Source: Eledone cirrhosa
Lineage: Eukaryota
NCBI GenBank assembly: GCA_964016885.1
Contig: OZ024740.1
Span: forward strand, 174,654,001 to 174,718,000
Direction: 5' to 3'
Length of the DNA stretch: 64,000 nt
Position 1 is the first letter of the stretch. Each line of letters opens with the position of its first letter. Of this stretch, positions 1 to 13,777 are shown in pieces. Under the pieces are notes generated by a model that was not told the DNA's origin, made no database searches, and worked only from the letters and a program-made list of their open reading frames with translations. The position numbers were made by a program, and so were the translations under genes.

Positions 1-113
1 ATATTATATACATACTTGCATACATGCATACATACGCACATACATATATACATACATTACATGCATTACATACATACATACATCCATCCATACATACATA
101 ATACATATATACA

Positions 114-593
114 TCAAAGATTAGTGAAAAGGAGAATATTTATGCAAAACTGATGAGAAATCTGCAGATACTCCACCCTGATTACACCTTCATATTTATG
201 CCTGTGATTATTGGGGCACTGGGGTATGTTAGTAACTGCCTCAATACAAATCTTGAGAAGCTAGGCTTCACAGGAACAGAAAGAACACAACTAGTTAGGA
301 AACTACAAGTACAATCCATTAATGGAACAGTAAAAATATGTAAAACATTCCCAAAATTTTGCATCTAATAACTGCATATACACATGTACAGATACAAAGC
401 ATATACACATGCACACATACAACTCAAAACATACACATCCACACATACAATAACATCCATATCTACACATGCATGCATACATAATCTACCTAGTTGATGC
501 TGTGTAAATTCCAATGAGACAGTCTTGTGTCTATGTTAGAAACCGACTCTCTTTCTATTGGTAAACATTTGTGAAATTATAAAACCAGAAGAA
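114..593 (+). mobile_element. 5'-truncated RLE-type non-LTR retrotransposon (R4/Dong-like), C-terminal fragment plus 3' UTR
   Basis: ORF 153-368 (..YAKLMRNLQILHPDY..PVIIGALG..KLQVQSINGTVKICKTF) is the C-terminus of a restriction-like endonuclease region. It is near-identical to 830-1064 and flanked by (CATA)n on both sides. Confidence 0.8.
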
Positions 594-608
594 CATACAT
601 ACATACAT

Positions 609-1300
609 AGCCCCGACAATAAACACATTAAAAGTTACAGCAATGGGGAAGACATACATATACATAATATGAAAGAGTACTGGTGGAATGTTCCAGTCAA
701 AACCCCAATAAAATGCAAACATAACAGACCAGATATAATGATGGGAGACAGGGAAAGGAAGACATGCACAGTAGTGGAAATTAGCTGCCCAGCAGATGCC
801 AATATAATATTAAAGATTAACGAAAATGAGAATATCTATGCAGAACTAATGAGAAATCTGCAGATACTCCACCCTGATTATACCTTCAGATTTATGCCTG
901 TGATTATTGGGGCACTGGGGTATGTTAGTAACTGCTTCAATACAACTCTTCAGAAGCTGGGGTTCACAGGAATAGAAAGAACACAACTAGTTAGGAAATT
1001 ACAAGTACAATCCATTAGTGGAACAGTAAAAATATGTAAAACATTCCAACAATTCTGCATCTAATAACTACATATATACATGTACAGATATAATGCATAT
1101 ACACATGCACACATATAACTCAAAACATCCACATCCACACATACAATAACATCCATATCTGCACACACATGCATGCAGGCATGCATAAATATCTCCCTAG
1201 TTGATGTTGTGCAAATTCCAATGAGAGAGTCTTGTAACTATGTTAGAAACCGACTCTCTCTTTATTGGTCAAAATTTATAAAATTATTAAACCAAAAGAA
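609..1300 (+). mobile_element. 5'-truncated RLE-type non-LTR retrotransposon (R4/Dong-like) with PD-(D/E)xK endonuclease and 3' UTR hairpin
   Basis: ORF 558-1064 contains EYWWN..KHNRPDI..TVVEISCP..ENIYAEL..PVIIGALG. The 3' UTR has the stem gagagagtc/gactctctc (~1223-1260) and ends AAAAGAA followed by (CATA)n. Confidence 0.85.
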
Positions 1301-2247
1301 CATACATACATACATATTCCTATTTACGTACGTACAACATACATACATACATACATACATACATACATACATACATACATACATACATACATACATACAT
1401 ACATACATACATACATACATACATACATACGTACGTACATAGATACGTACGTACGTAAGTACGTACACACTTTTAAAGAATGCACCTCCGCCAAACTAAT
1501 GAGAAATCTACAGAGGCCCCACCTACCCTATAACATTAAATGAATACCTGTGCTTATTGAAACACTTGGGTATGTGACTAACTGTTTCGCTACTAATGTT
1601 GATGAGTTAGGCTTCACAAGACCAGAAAAGACACTGCTAATTGAGAAATTATGGCTGCAAGCTATGATTAGAACTATGAAAATATATTAAAACATTGCAG
1701 AAATTTAGCCCTGTAGTACATATATATAAACAGGTACATACATATGTGTATGTACACATATAAATAAAAACATAAAGATTCACGCATGGAATGATAAACA
1801 TACAGACATACACAAACATACGTATGGACGTACATACATACATACACATACACGTACATACATCATACACGTACATACATACATACACGTACATACACAT
1901 ACATACATACATACACGCACATACACATACACGTACATACATACATACACGTACATACACATACACGTACATACATACATACACGTACAAACACATACAC
2001 GTACATACATACATCATACATGCATACATACAAAAATACATACAATAATACATACATGCATACATACAGACAAAAATACATGCATACATACACACACACG
2101 TATATACATACATACACACACACGTATATACATACATACACACACACGTATATACATACATACATACACACACACACGTATATACATGCATGCACACATA
2201 CATACATACATACATACACACGTATATACATGCATGCACACATACAT
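1301..2247. repeat. (CATA)n / (CGTA,CACA) compound microsatellite, interrupted by an RLE fragment
   Basis: Directly visible; it explains the HTYI/YVCM ORFs. Confidence 0.95.
1480..1795 (+). mobile_element. Degenerate third RLE (R4/Dong-like) 3' fragment
   Basis: gccaaactaatgagaaatctacag...gtgcttattgaaacacttgggtatgtgactaactg...ttaggcttcacaag aligns by eye with 145-365 but carries stops. Confidence 0.7.
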
Positions 2248-2645
2248 GGTGGCTGCCAACTCGTTTTCGCGTACGGCCACTACTTTATATCCATGTAGGA
2301 GAACCCCTACCGATGCGCTGAACGAGTGTGATTTTTTAGTCCAGCCAGCGACTTGAAAACTCTGGTACAAACACTACACTTGTGACAATTATTGACACAT
2401 AGTGCTAGACCCATGGTATCATGTGACGACAAGTGCAGAGAGATCTCCAGATACAAAGCAATGCCTGTGCCGTGAAACTTTTATAGTGAGCAAAGGCACT
2501 GCACAAAGCCAGTCCCACTCTCTTAACCAAGATGATATTTACCAAAAAGAAGAGCAAGTCAACATCATTGGATACCATCAGGGTTGCAGGTGTTATATCA
2601 GAGTTTTCCTTCTAGAATTCTGCCTTGACAAAGGCTAAGGGGTCA
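2248..2645 (-). mobile_element. 5'-truncated copy of the ~606 bp RTE-derived non-autonomous element
   Basis: Reverse complement of the 3' 400 bp of 28637-29242; flanked by (CATA)n. Confidence 0.9.
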
Positions 2646-2731
2646 TACATACATACGTACATACATACATACATACATACATACATACATACATACATAC
2701 ATACATACATACATACATACATACATACATA

Positions 2732-2950
2732 CCAACCCGCTTGGACCAAAGTATGACTGAATTTGGATTTGCGGACAAAGAGCGCAGCTCCCTAATTCAT
2801 AGTCTACAAATGGCTGCGATAGCTGGCACGTTCAAAATTTGCAAAACATTCTTGCGATTCAAGGGATGACAATTTCTTTTCTTTTACAACCTTGCCACCA
2901 GGAAGGTGGCCGGTCAAAACAATATACTCGAAATTAAGAGAAAGAGATAA
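2732..2950 (+). mobile_element. 3' end of a second, divergent RLE (R4/Dong-like) family inserted in (CATA)n
   Basis: Translates [45 protein letters not shown], homologous to LEKLGFTGTERTQLVRKLQVQSINGTVKICKTF; (CATA)n on both sides. Confidence 0.75.
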
Positions 2951-3117
2951 CATACATACATATGTATGCATGTATATACGTGTGTATGTGAAAAGTATTG
3001 GGAAAAGAACACTACAGACAATGAGGTTCATGGAGTCAAATTGAGTTACGTCAACATAAAGGGAATATTCATTCTTTCGTGTAATGAATACTATCTCCTA
3101 TATTTTTTGATAAAAAT

Positions 3118-3315
3118 AATTGTTTCTACTTTTGGCAAAATGTCAGCAATTACTCCAGTGCATTACTGGTGCTTTATCCAGCAATTACCCCCAGTGCATT
3201 ACTGGTGCATCCCCGTAAGGATGAAAGGCAAAACTAACCTCGGCAGGATTTGAACTCAGACCATAAGGAGCCATATCCCTATGCTGCAAAGCATGGTGTC
3301 TGACGCTCTACTGAT
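3118..3315 (-). mobile_element. tRNA-derived SINE family A
   Basis: Reverse complement of the family A consensus (B-box gagttcaaatcc, ctttgcctttcatccttacgggg, tail gtagaaacaattatt). Confidence 0.85.
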
Positions 3316-3438
3316 AAATGGTTACCTTGTTTGGATAAACGCAAAGCAACGTCTTTCAAGAGGAGATCGTAGTAGTAATTAGGCAGTGTAATTTAACTGG
3401 TATTTATTTTGAGGATTAGTACTCAGAGTAAGATTTAA

Positions 3439-3662
3439 CCCTTTAGCATTTACATTGCTCTCTCTATATACTATTATATTTTTGTGGTAAAGGCTTTATC
3501 TTACATAATTATCTCATATAATATCTGAAGCTATGAGATGTTTATATTATTTACTTTGAGAACAATACCTTAACGTCAGTATGAGCGGCTGGTTACAACC
3601 AGTTTGAACAGAAAGAGGTGAGAGAATTCTGGCCGGATATGGCCGGTTTAAATGCTAAAGGG
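3439..3662. mobile_element. piggyBac-like MITE
   Basis: TTAA target duplication (3435-3438, 3663-3666) and TIR CCCTTTAGCATTTA/TAAATGCTAAAGGG; second copy at ~36185-36381. Confidence 0.9.
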
Positions 3663-6249
3663 TTAAACCGAATTCCTCTATTTCCATCGACAAACCACTA
3701 AATAAAAGAAAATTCAATTACGAAACTAAATAAAAGAACGATTATTAGACTACTGACTTGATGTTATGTGGTCAATCAAATTGTTAAGTAATATCCAGTA
3801 CGAGTAGGAGCTTTCAGTTTTTAGACATTGACTGTAACTGAGTAACTCAACCGATATATCTAAATAGCTGGATTTGACCGAGCGCTTCCTCTTCGTGACA
3901 GTCACCGTCAAAACTTCCGATGTCTTCGGTTCCCAGACAGCCGTTTTCCTCCGTAAACTTGGGAGGAATGCATTCCGCCTGAGGAAAGGTCCTCGTGAAA
4001 TCGAGTGGCTGATGTAGCGGGTGTCACTGGCTGTTCTCCGGGACTATGCTTTTATTATCTTTTCCCACTTCCCCCTTTTCTCACAATTTAACTTTTTTTT
4101 TCTATGTTCGCTATTCTGTTAAGCATGACCAAGAAGTAATATCTATCTGATGTTTTGCAAAGAAGATGAATGCATATTTAGCCGAATATTTCTTTGTCTT
4201 CTATTTTCTCACTCTGACATTCTATATATTAAAAACAAATAACATTGTAAGTTAAGGAAACTTTCGTCCCTTATATATTTCCTAATCTCACATTGAGAGA
4301 GGGAAGTGACAGTGCTAGCACTACTGTATAAATTGTGGACCCCTCTGTCAGTAGCTGGCTAACGATTCGGCCAACTTTGGGTTTTTTCGTTATATTTTGT
4401 TTTTATTTTTTGGCTGAATATACAAGCGTCTGAAATACAAACTTACAACCATAGAAACACTCCTATTGTTTTCTTCTCAAAGTAACATCGTGTGAGCTGG
4501 CCAATCGAATATAAAACATTTTTGGTTGATTCGATTTGTGCAATTAACACATATCATTATTCTCAATTTAGCACTAATAATGAGCAACCTAATTATTAAC
4601 AAGTTTCTTTATCTAATAAAGTAGACTTTCTTTAAACACCCCCAAATAAATGAGCATATATCTAAACACTATAGCTAATGGCGGACTCGTTGGAGAAGGA
4701 AACCAGGAGTGCATTGATCGAGCTGTATAAGAGCGAATAGTAATCAATGATTCCAATCACCTGTCGAACTAACGAAGCTGATTTCGAGAAATAATGCAAA
4801 ACAATGTAATCGATTTGGTGTTAGTTTGATGGTACTAATGTATTATCGCTTGAATTGATTGGTCAATATTGATTGCAAAGGTTTCAACATGCCAACTGAT
4901 GCGAGGTAGAATTACCTAAGAAGAATAGAATCGATGAAGGATGGGGGAGTAAAAGCGAGGGTGCGGGAATGAGGCCAAAATCAAAACGAGAGGTAATTCA
5001 ATAAGGAAAATAATTGAAGGGTAATCAGTCGCTGTATTTTTAGGCTTATTTTCTAAGCAGTCATTTTACTTCTCTACATTCAGCTATTTCCATATATGAG
5101 GCTTCGCCTTCATTCTCCAATAATTATCTGCAGTGTTCTACTCTTTGCTACGTGTCCGATATATTTTTCCTTTCCTGTTTCAATTGGTCTATCTTTCCAC
5201 TTCCAATAAGAGAACCGCATACAGAAATAACACACACTACCCAGCCCATCTCTTTAGGTTGTTCCCCGTTGGCATGCGGAATTCCGCCATTTTTCTTATA
5301 TCGTGGCTTTTCCCAGATAATAAATGTAAATGCCGTTTGGTAATGACGTCAGAAATCAATATCGTCGTGAACTTTATCAGTTGCTTTGCTCATTATCGAT
5401 TCGTGTTATCCAGTGAACTAGTTGATTCCTGTTTGTCCTGAATTGCCGCTTAACTTGCTTTAATATTTTTTTTTTGTTTTCCTTCCTTTTCATTCGACTA
5501 TTTGTTTGGTATTATTTCTGGTTTAAATGAAATTAATATAAAAAAAAAATTATCCTCCCTTATTTTGTATTATTGATTTTTCAGATAGACACAGAATTTT
5601 ATATTTGTTAACCGAGTGAAAATAGGTTGTTGTGGCATTAATGCATTTTCAAATCCATTAGTAGTATGAGAGAAAGATAAATGGCTTCAACTAATGAATT
5701 GGAAGTGAGTCGTTGGGGATATGTTTCTAATCTACGGAAATTTTATTGTTATTCTGGATTATAATACGTTTGAAGGCAGTAGTTAATTGATTCGGTAACA
5801 TGCTGGATAAAATGACTTGTGGTGTTCAGTTATGTCCTTTCACGTTCCAAGTTTGAATCTCGCTAAAGTCGACTTCCTTTCGCCTTTCCGCAGTCGATAA
5901 AATAGATAGCAGTCAAACATTGAAGTTAATTTAATCACCTACACTTCTTCCATGGTGATTTGTAGCATTATGAAAATGTGAGAAATCATTTGTAGAAATA
6001 CATTTTTATTTCATTACATAACACACAAGATTTTAATTGAAAATATAGATTCGATAACTATACATAATTGACCGAATTTATAGATATATTTATGTGAAGT
6101 ACATATCGTTTGTTGCTGTTGTTGTTATGGCTGTTTTGTAATTTAAATCCCAAATTTTTCATCTTTAATCTGTTAAATGCTTTGAATCTATAATTTCTCT
6201 GAAATAGAGATGACCCTAAAGCATGACCTTCTTAAGCAATAACTTAATG

Positions 6250-7470
6250 AATTATTCTGCGAACACATCACGCTATACACCAAAATAACCAGTTTCTGGA
6301 CACTCCAACCTCGCGTTACTAAGAGATTATTGATTAACATTCATAGTGAAAGCATCATAAAACATGTCAAACAACAGGTTGATTAATTCCCGTACTAACA
6401 CAATCATGATCTTTGCTAAGCGAACGAATAGGGTGCCAGCCCATAATATATCTAACAATTTTGAAGGGGATATTGACCATGTCTGAAGACCCATTGTTTA
6501 GTGTTGTGTTCAGTTATTCTTAGTAGAGATCTTTCCCCTTTGATGTTTGATAGTTTCGTTCGGATACTTTATTTTTAATATAGATTTTTCTATTTCCTTA
6601 TTAGTCATTATAATTTGAAAGATTACTGTTCCTAAATCCATTTTTAGTTAAGAACAACTCCGTTTTCTATGTTCATTAACATTTCAAGACGTTTTCGACT
6701 ACATCATCCGAATGAAATGATAGTATTAGTTGCATGTTTTGGGCATGGTTTTGGGGGCATGGATGTTGGGCCGCGAAGGATTATAGGAATAAGTGGTTAA
6801 ATCGTCATTGTCGAATTTAAATGAGTTTACTGTTAATTTCTGGTAACGTTTAGGATTCTTGTTTCTTTTTTCATAAACATTCTGTTGATTTCTTTGCTTC
6901 CATTTTGCTATTGATGAAGCAGATATAATCTTATAGTCTTTTTGGATAGTGTTTTGGATATTGTGTGGAGTTCTATTTAGGGTGGCAGTACTATCAACTA
7001 ATAGTTTTCTATCTAATTCTGTTTTATACTGGTGCTGCAATGGCTTCATCTTGTAAATGCATTGTCAACTGATGGGAAAGTATCGTACTTGTGATTCATG
7101 ACATTTACAAAATTTCATGTTTGCATTAAGACTTTAATATCATATTGGATGACTAAAATACGTTCTGTGGATTACAGGTTTATAGATTTATGTTGAGGAG
7201 ATTTCTCGTTCTACCGTTTTCATAATATGTATATTGTTTGAGTTTATGATTAAGCGTGGTACATGTTGCGTTCTATTTCATGACCTCTTAATGAGGTAGT
7301 TATTCATTCAATAACTTTACTGCATTCAGTTAATAAAATAAGTGTGGTTTTGGTGTATCTTAATAGGCGTTGTTTCTATTGTACTCATTTCAGTGAATTT
7401 GTTATTGCATTCTTCTAAAAATTGGGTCAATTTAATACAGCTATAGTTGTCGATGAATCTACTATTTTCG
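6250..7470 (-). mobile_element. Possible degenerate retroelement ORF remnant (Penelope-like N-terminal region?)
   Basis: A-rich minus strand with a 107 aa K/N/Q-rich ORF (6726-7049), abutting a (TA)n tract; no diagnostic RT motif seen. Confidence 0.3.
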
Positions 7471-7524
7471 TTAATACAAACAATATAAGGGGTTACATGA
7501 CTGAGAGTAGTGTACGGTAATCAT

Positions 7525-7980
<456 letters not shown>

Positions 7981-8029
7981 CATGAAATGTATCTACAAGC
8001 AATTGTAATCCGAACTGCTTTTTAACGGC

Positions 8030-8835
8030 AATAAGTGCAATATAATATCCGCATTAGTGAATGCACATGGTGAAATACCAGTTACACCAAGTGCAACAGT
8101 TACAGAAATGCTACAGTAACGATTGAGGTGGTAACAGCTATGCTGGAACCAATGAATACAGTGGAACCAGCAGTTGCGAGAAAAAATATCAGAATTTCAG
8201 CTATATGACCAACAGTGGATGTAATAGCAATAGCAACATTGACTGCAATACTAATAACATTAGTGTGTGCATTAGTTGTAGCAGTAGTGTTAAAAGCAAC
8301 TGCTGCAGTAGCTGTGCCAGCAGTAATAACAGTTTTTGCTGAAAGTGTCAATGCATGCGGCATTATCCCTCTCGGAAGCCGTGACTGCAGTTGTGGTGGT
8401 GCTGATGGCAGCACGTCGTAGAAACAGTAACACGAATAGTGTTGCCTGCAACACTATTCATGTAATGTTGTTAGAAGCAGTAAGAGTACCAATAGTAATG
8501 ATGATCCGCAATGGTAACATCAGTAGTAACTGCTAAGTTTCGAAACAATGATGGTATCCGTAGTAGAATCATTATCTCAAGTCGTGACTGCTGCAGTGCT
8601 ACGAACAATGGTAGCTGCAATACTAACAGCAGAAGCAGAAGTAATGTTTAAAAGTAGTCGTATTATCAGTCCTAAAAATAATCACACCAAAATAGTGTCA
8701 GTCTTGTTAGAAGGAGAAGCCGTAGCTCAAGAGCTATGACTGCATCAATAGAATCTGTAGTAGCAGGTGCAATGATAGAGTCAGTGATATTTGTGGTAGA
8801 GGTCATATTTGTGATAATAGTGGTACAAATGTAGA
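8030..8835. repeat. Old degenerate (GTA/GCA)-type low-complexity tract
   Basis: Recurrent gtagca/gcagta/gtaata motifs produce A/V/T-rich pseudo-ORFs. Confidence 0.65.
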
Positions 8836-9815
8836 AATATATTATTGTTGTTTAGCGCCAAGTCAGCTTTGAAAGAACAGACTTATGAACAAGAGCATTC
8901 AAGCTATCATTTTACAGAGCTATGTTTTGGATTTGTGAACTCTGGACTACGGTTTCTTTTATTAAAATGATTTTATTAGCGGCGAAATAGCAGAACTGTT
9001 ACAACATTCGACAAAAAGCTTCTGATACTTGATCTGGCTTTTTTACACTCTGAGTTCAAATCCATCTGAAGTCAACGTTGTCTTTTGATTTTCCCAGAAT
9101 CAATAAAATAATGTATCAGCGTCCAAGGCATTGACAGAGTTGTTATAGTATTGTACAAAATGCTTTCCGGTACTCGCTTCGATACACTCAGGCATGTGCA
9201 CTGAACACGTCTATAGCCGGTAAGATGGTGTCTTGTGAAAATACCCCAAAAAGGTAACAGAAAACCATCTTTGTATTACCCTACGAAAACTCCATAGCAA
9301 GAATATATATAGTGTTTGTCAATTAAGTGACTAAAATTCGTTCGTTGACTTCGTGAAACAAAGAAGGAAGCTTTTGTTTGAAGGAAATACGTTTCTATTT
9401 CTAGCAAATTGAGTGAAAACATAGAGGCTCCTGCATTCATTCGAATACTGATAGGTGTGTGGTGACAATAGTAGTTGCGATTTTGGAAGCATTGTTGAAA
9501 ACAGCGACTACAGCATCAAGAAGATCAGTGGTTGTGACGGTCGTGGGTGCAGTAGTGATACAGTAGATTTTGCAGCAGTAGTATTGTTAAGTTACGGAAT
9601 GGCGGTAGTGGGAGCTATATATAACTAGTTGGCCACCGTTACCTACGCCAGTGCAGCGCATACGCTACAGCTATCAGGTGCAGTGAAGAGTAGAGACTGC
9701 AGTATTATGTAAATAATTAAAGGTAGAGGTCGTTTAAGATTTCTTCGGTAATAAATAACTACAATCCACCTTTCACACGAAATATACACACACATACATA
9801 TATACACACAAGTAT

Positions 9816-9873
<58 letters not shown>

Positions 9874-10636
9874 ATGTAAGTTATATATATATATGTGTGT
9901 GTGTGAGTGTGTGTATAAATATAGACAATATTTGTTATTAATAGTGACTGTTTATTTTCAAGTTACAGCGAAGCTACCGGCTTTACAAAATAGTGTGAAC
10001 CTTTCGCTATATACAGCACTAACCCAGCTTAGGTTAGAAGTAGTAAGTAGATGCAATAAACATCAATATTTAAAAAATGGGTAGTTGAGGAATGTTAAGG
10101 AATGAATTAAGGTAAAGAAAATATGGGACAAGTAGAGGTAAAATTAACCACCAAATAGATGAGGTATGTATGTACCACTTGCTAATTTAGTTATTTAATA
10201 AATTACCTATTGTAATTGCTCTTATCACTCCGGCTATCACCGTACTGAAGGTCACAGGAGAAAGGCAACTGATGATATGTTTTTATACATATTTCTAGTT
10301 ATGTTTTTTCAATAAAATAATTTATTGCTTTTACATAAACAATAGTAATGACCGCTAAGTTTGATCTTACTTTTCTTTAAACTTGTTTTTAAATACTGGA
10401 TGTTGTCATACTTAAAATATATCATAACTAACGTGGTTCTCGTCAGATACGGTAGGGTTTATCGTAAAAATATATTTGATAATTCCTTGATTACAATAAT
10501 TTTGGTAAATGCGCTTGAATCCTCAATTTTCCTTGACCTTCTCGATCATGGCCGTATTATATTTTACATTCACGTAAACCAATTACAATAATTTTCTTTA
10601 ATCATTATCAAATATAAATACACTAAATTACAACGA

Positions 10637-10707
<71 letters not shown>

Positions 10708-11139
10708 TTATATATATATATATATTTATTTATTTATTTATATATCTTCCGACTGCAGTTGGCATTTGTGGTTTGTTGTCATTGTTTTTCGTGTCCAAAA
10801 ATAAATACATCTCTGCGAGATAGATATTTCTAGGTAGATATTTCTTTATTTGCCACAGGAGCGTACAAAAATGGGATATAACAATACGTGACGGCGGGGG
10901 TTTTACATAAAATGTTAACAATAATAATGGATAACAATAAAATATACACAAAATAAAACAATGGAAGTCCCTATAGAGGGGGGGGGGCGTTACTGCGTGG
11001 TTGTTTTACACCCCGTGGATAGAACAACCCTCAACACCAGGAAGTGTTCCCGTTTTCCCTCTGTTTATCTTCCTTAACCTAGAGGTTTATATACAGAGAA
11101 GGCCCATTCACTCGGGCCATTTTCGCCACATTCACCCAC

Positions 11140-11185
<46 letters not shown>

Positions 11186-11388
11186 CGGATTTGATTGTAT
11201 TGTCCTAAGAGAGATCGATAGCTAAAAATAGCACCAGTTGGCTGCTTGTCAACACTGAGAGGTAGAGAGGAAGATATACAATTACCATTGCCCTATCAAA
11301 GTTAACAAAGTGGTTGTTGTGTGACCCTTCTGCTTTATATAAATAGATTACTCATACAAAGGTTTATATATACATACATATATATATA

Positions 11389-11407
11389 TTATTTTCATTG
11401 TTAATTT

Positions 11408-11501
<94 letters not shown>

Positions 11502-11520
11502 AAATTAACAATGAAAATAA
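11389..11520. repeat. Perfect palindrome centred on (TA)n
   Basis: ttattttcattgttaatttaatacctta-(TA)n-taaggtattaaattaacaatgaaaataa. Confidence 0.95.
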
Positions 11521-11574
11521 AAACAACAAAGTCAAGTTACTTTACTTATTCATATCATTGTTTTACATATATAT

Positions 11575-12181
11575 GATGGCTGCCAACTCGTTTTCGAGTA
11601 CGGCCACCACTTTATATCCATGTAGGAGAACCCCTACTGATGCGCTGAACGAGTGTGACTTTTTAGTCCAGCCAGCGACTTGAAAACTCTGGTACAAACA
11701 CTACACTTGTGACAAGTACTGACACATAGAGCTGGGCCCATTGTACCCTGTGGTGACAAGTGCAGAGAGATCTCCAGATATAAAGCAATGCCTGTGCCGT
11801 GAAGCTTTTATAGTGAGAAAAGGCACTGCACAAAGCCAGTCCCACTCTCTTAACCAAGATGATATTTACCAAAAAGAAGAACAAGTCAACATCATTGGAT
11901 ACCATCAGGGTTGCAGGTGCTATATCAGAGTTTTCCTTCTTCTAGAATTCTGCCTTGACAAAGGCTAAGGGGTCATCTCTCCCGGTGATTTTGGATGGCC
12001 ATTGACTCTTAAGAGCTCCTTTGCCCTTTGACAGGTTTTGTTTTTAGTCCTGCAGGATGTCCAAAGTCACCCTCCTCACCAAGAAACCTTGGTGGGGTTG
12101 CCAGTTTAGTCGCCAACGACCCGACCATGAGACAGGTTGTACTGGGATACATGTTACCAGTAGCACCAACTGGTGACCTGA

Positions 12182-12182
<1 letters not shown>
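11575..12182 (-). mobile_element. Full-length ~606 bp RTE-derived non-autonomous element
   Basis: Reverse complement of 28637-29242. Confidence 0.92.
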
Positions 12183-12226
<44 letters not shown>

Positions 12227-12227
12227 C

Positions 12228-12405
12228 ATACATACAAGCACATGTTACTACCTAATTTTCAAATTCGCTAGCCGTTTGTAAAACAAAGCCTGCTTTGTGC
12301 CTCCCTATCTATATATATATATATATAGGGAGGCACAAAGCAGGCTTTGTCTTACAAACGGCTAGAGAATTTGAAAATTAGGTAGTAACATGTGCTTGTA
12401 TGTAT
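12228..12405. repeat. Fold-back inverted repeat (~78 bp arms) centred on (TA)n
   Basis: catacaagcacatgttactacc...gtgcctcccta / tagggaggcac...ggtagtaacatgtgcttgtatg, about 2 mismatches. Confidence 0.95.
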
Positions 12406-13114
12406 ATATATATGTATATATATATATATATATATATACTAATTTAAGGTATCACGTATATAATATGTAAGATGCTTATGTTTCTCAGTAGTAAAGCTCA
12501 ATGGAAATTTGCCCAGAGCATCAATAATTCAAAATAAACGATATATGTATAGAGAGGGTGAGAAAAAGATACTTTAAATTAGTATATAACCGCTCCAAAT
12601 CTTAATTTGCTGAGCTGCTTATACCGTGACTAGTACTTCGCACTTTTTTCTAGCGGATATGACGTCCAGTCCTGTTTATATCTACCGCCTAGGTAATACG
12701 TTCTTACACAATGCTGTCTATGGTGTTGGCCTAACTCTCAGATCCCGATAGATATAAAAGTATTTTGTACTCTAAACACTATTTGAACTTTATTTAAAGA
12801 CGAATTACTCTGATGATTCATTCGCGTCTTCCGTAGTTTTACCTAAATCGATATTTGGTGGTCGATGATCGATTTCTTAGATCGATTTTTGTTATGGTTT
12901 ACGAATTACGAAATGGTACCACAAGGAGAGAACTTTTCCACACACATATTCACACACACATATGCACACACACACACACATGCACACATATATACATGCA
13001 AGCACATACACACACTAACGGTCGTTAAAAAAGTACCAAGCACTGGGATCGATTATCAAGCACTGGGATCGGTTCTTTTCTTCTATCCCTTTTTCATTTC
13101 CATTCTCTCACTCT

Positions 13115-13255
13115 CTATCTTTCTCTGGAAGAAATCTGCTGTGTTCAGACCTGTAGAGGAGATGGGCTCGGCCAGGTTTGAAAATGCCCTAGAAACGTCA
13201 TATGTCAATACGGTGCCCCTACGACTCCCTCGGGAATTACGAATTCATGCAATAT
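13115..13255 (+). repeat. Dispersed repeat (ggaagaaatctgctgt...), also at ~35315-35440 and ~60540-60625, each downstream of family A SINE sequence
   Basis: Shared ggaagaaatcNgctgtNNtcagNcctg...ggagttac motif in three places. Confidence 0.7.
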
Positions 13256-13306
13256 GTAGATTCCCGAGTTTAAAAAGGTTCACAATACATTGATAGGAAT
13301 GTGCAG

Positions 13307-13358
13307 GACATTCCTGATGATTTCATACGTATGAAACTGTTCTAGCCCTGTAGAAGTC
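13307..13358 (+). ncRNA. Type I hammerhead ribozyme-like motif (family also at 44018 and 51101)
   Basis: gacattc-CTGATGA-tttcatacgtat-GAAA-ctg ttctagcc ctg-TA-gaagtc: core intact; stem I gac(a)ttc/gaagtc; stems II and III imperfect. Confidence 0.55.
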
Positions 13359-13413
13359 ATTTCTATGTCTATATAATAAAGATAAAAATATATATGCATA
13401 TAAATCAAAGCAA

Positions 13414-13493
<80 letters not shown>

Positions 13494-13698
13494 CTACAGG
13501 TAAATGCAGATTAGAATTATCATCATTATTTTTCCTCTATTGTTTAGTCCGCCATTCAATCTTATATATATGTTTAAAGGAGTGCAATTAGTGATGCTCA
13601 GAACCTTAATACGATTAAATAATTTTAATGGAATTAAATTCATTGGAATACATTGTCAACGTAATTAGAGTATATATATATGTGTGTGTATGTATGCA

Positions 13699-13777
<79 letters not shown>

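Noticed and set aside
1173-2370. Many ORFs of HTYI/YVCM/IYIY type (also at 7471-8025, 23796-24233, 32110-32572, 50694-51351)
   Set aside because: Read-through of stop-free microsatellites; not genes.
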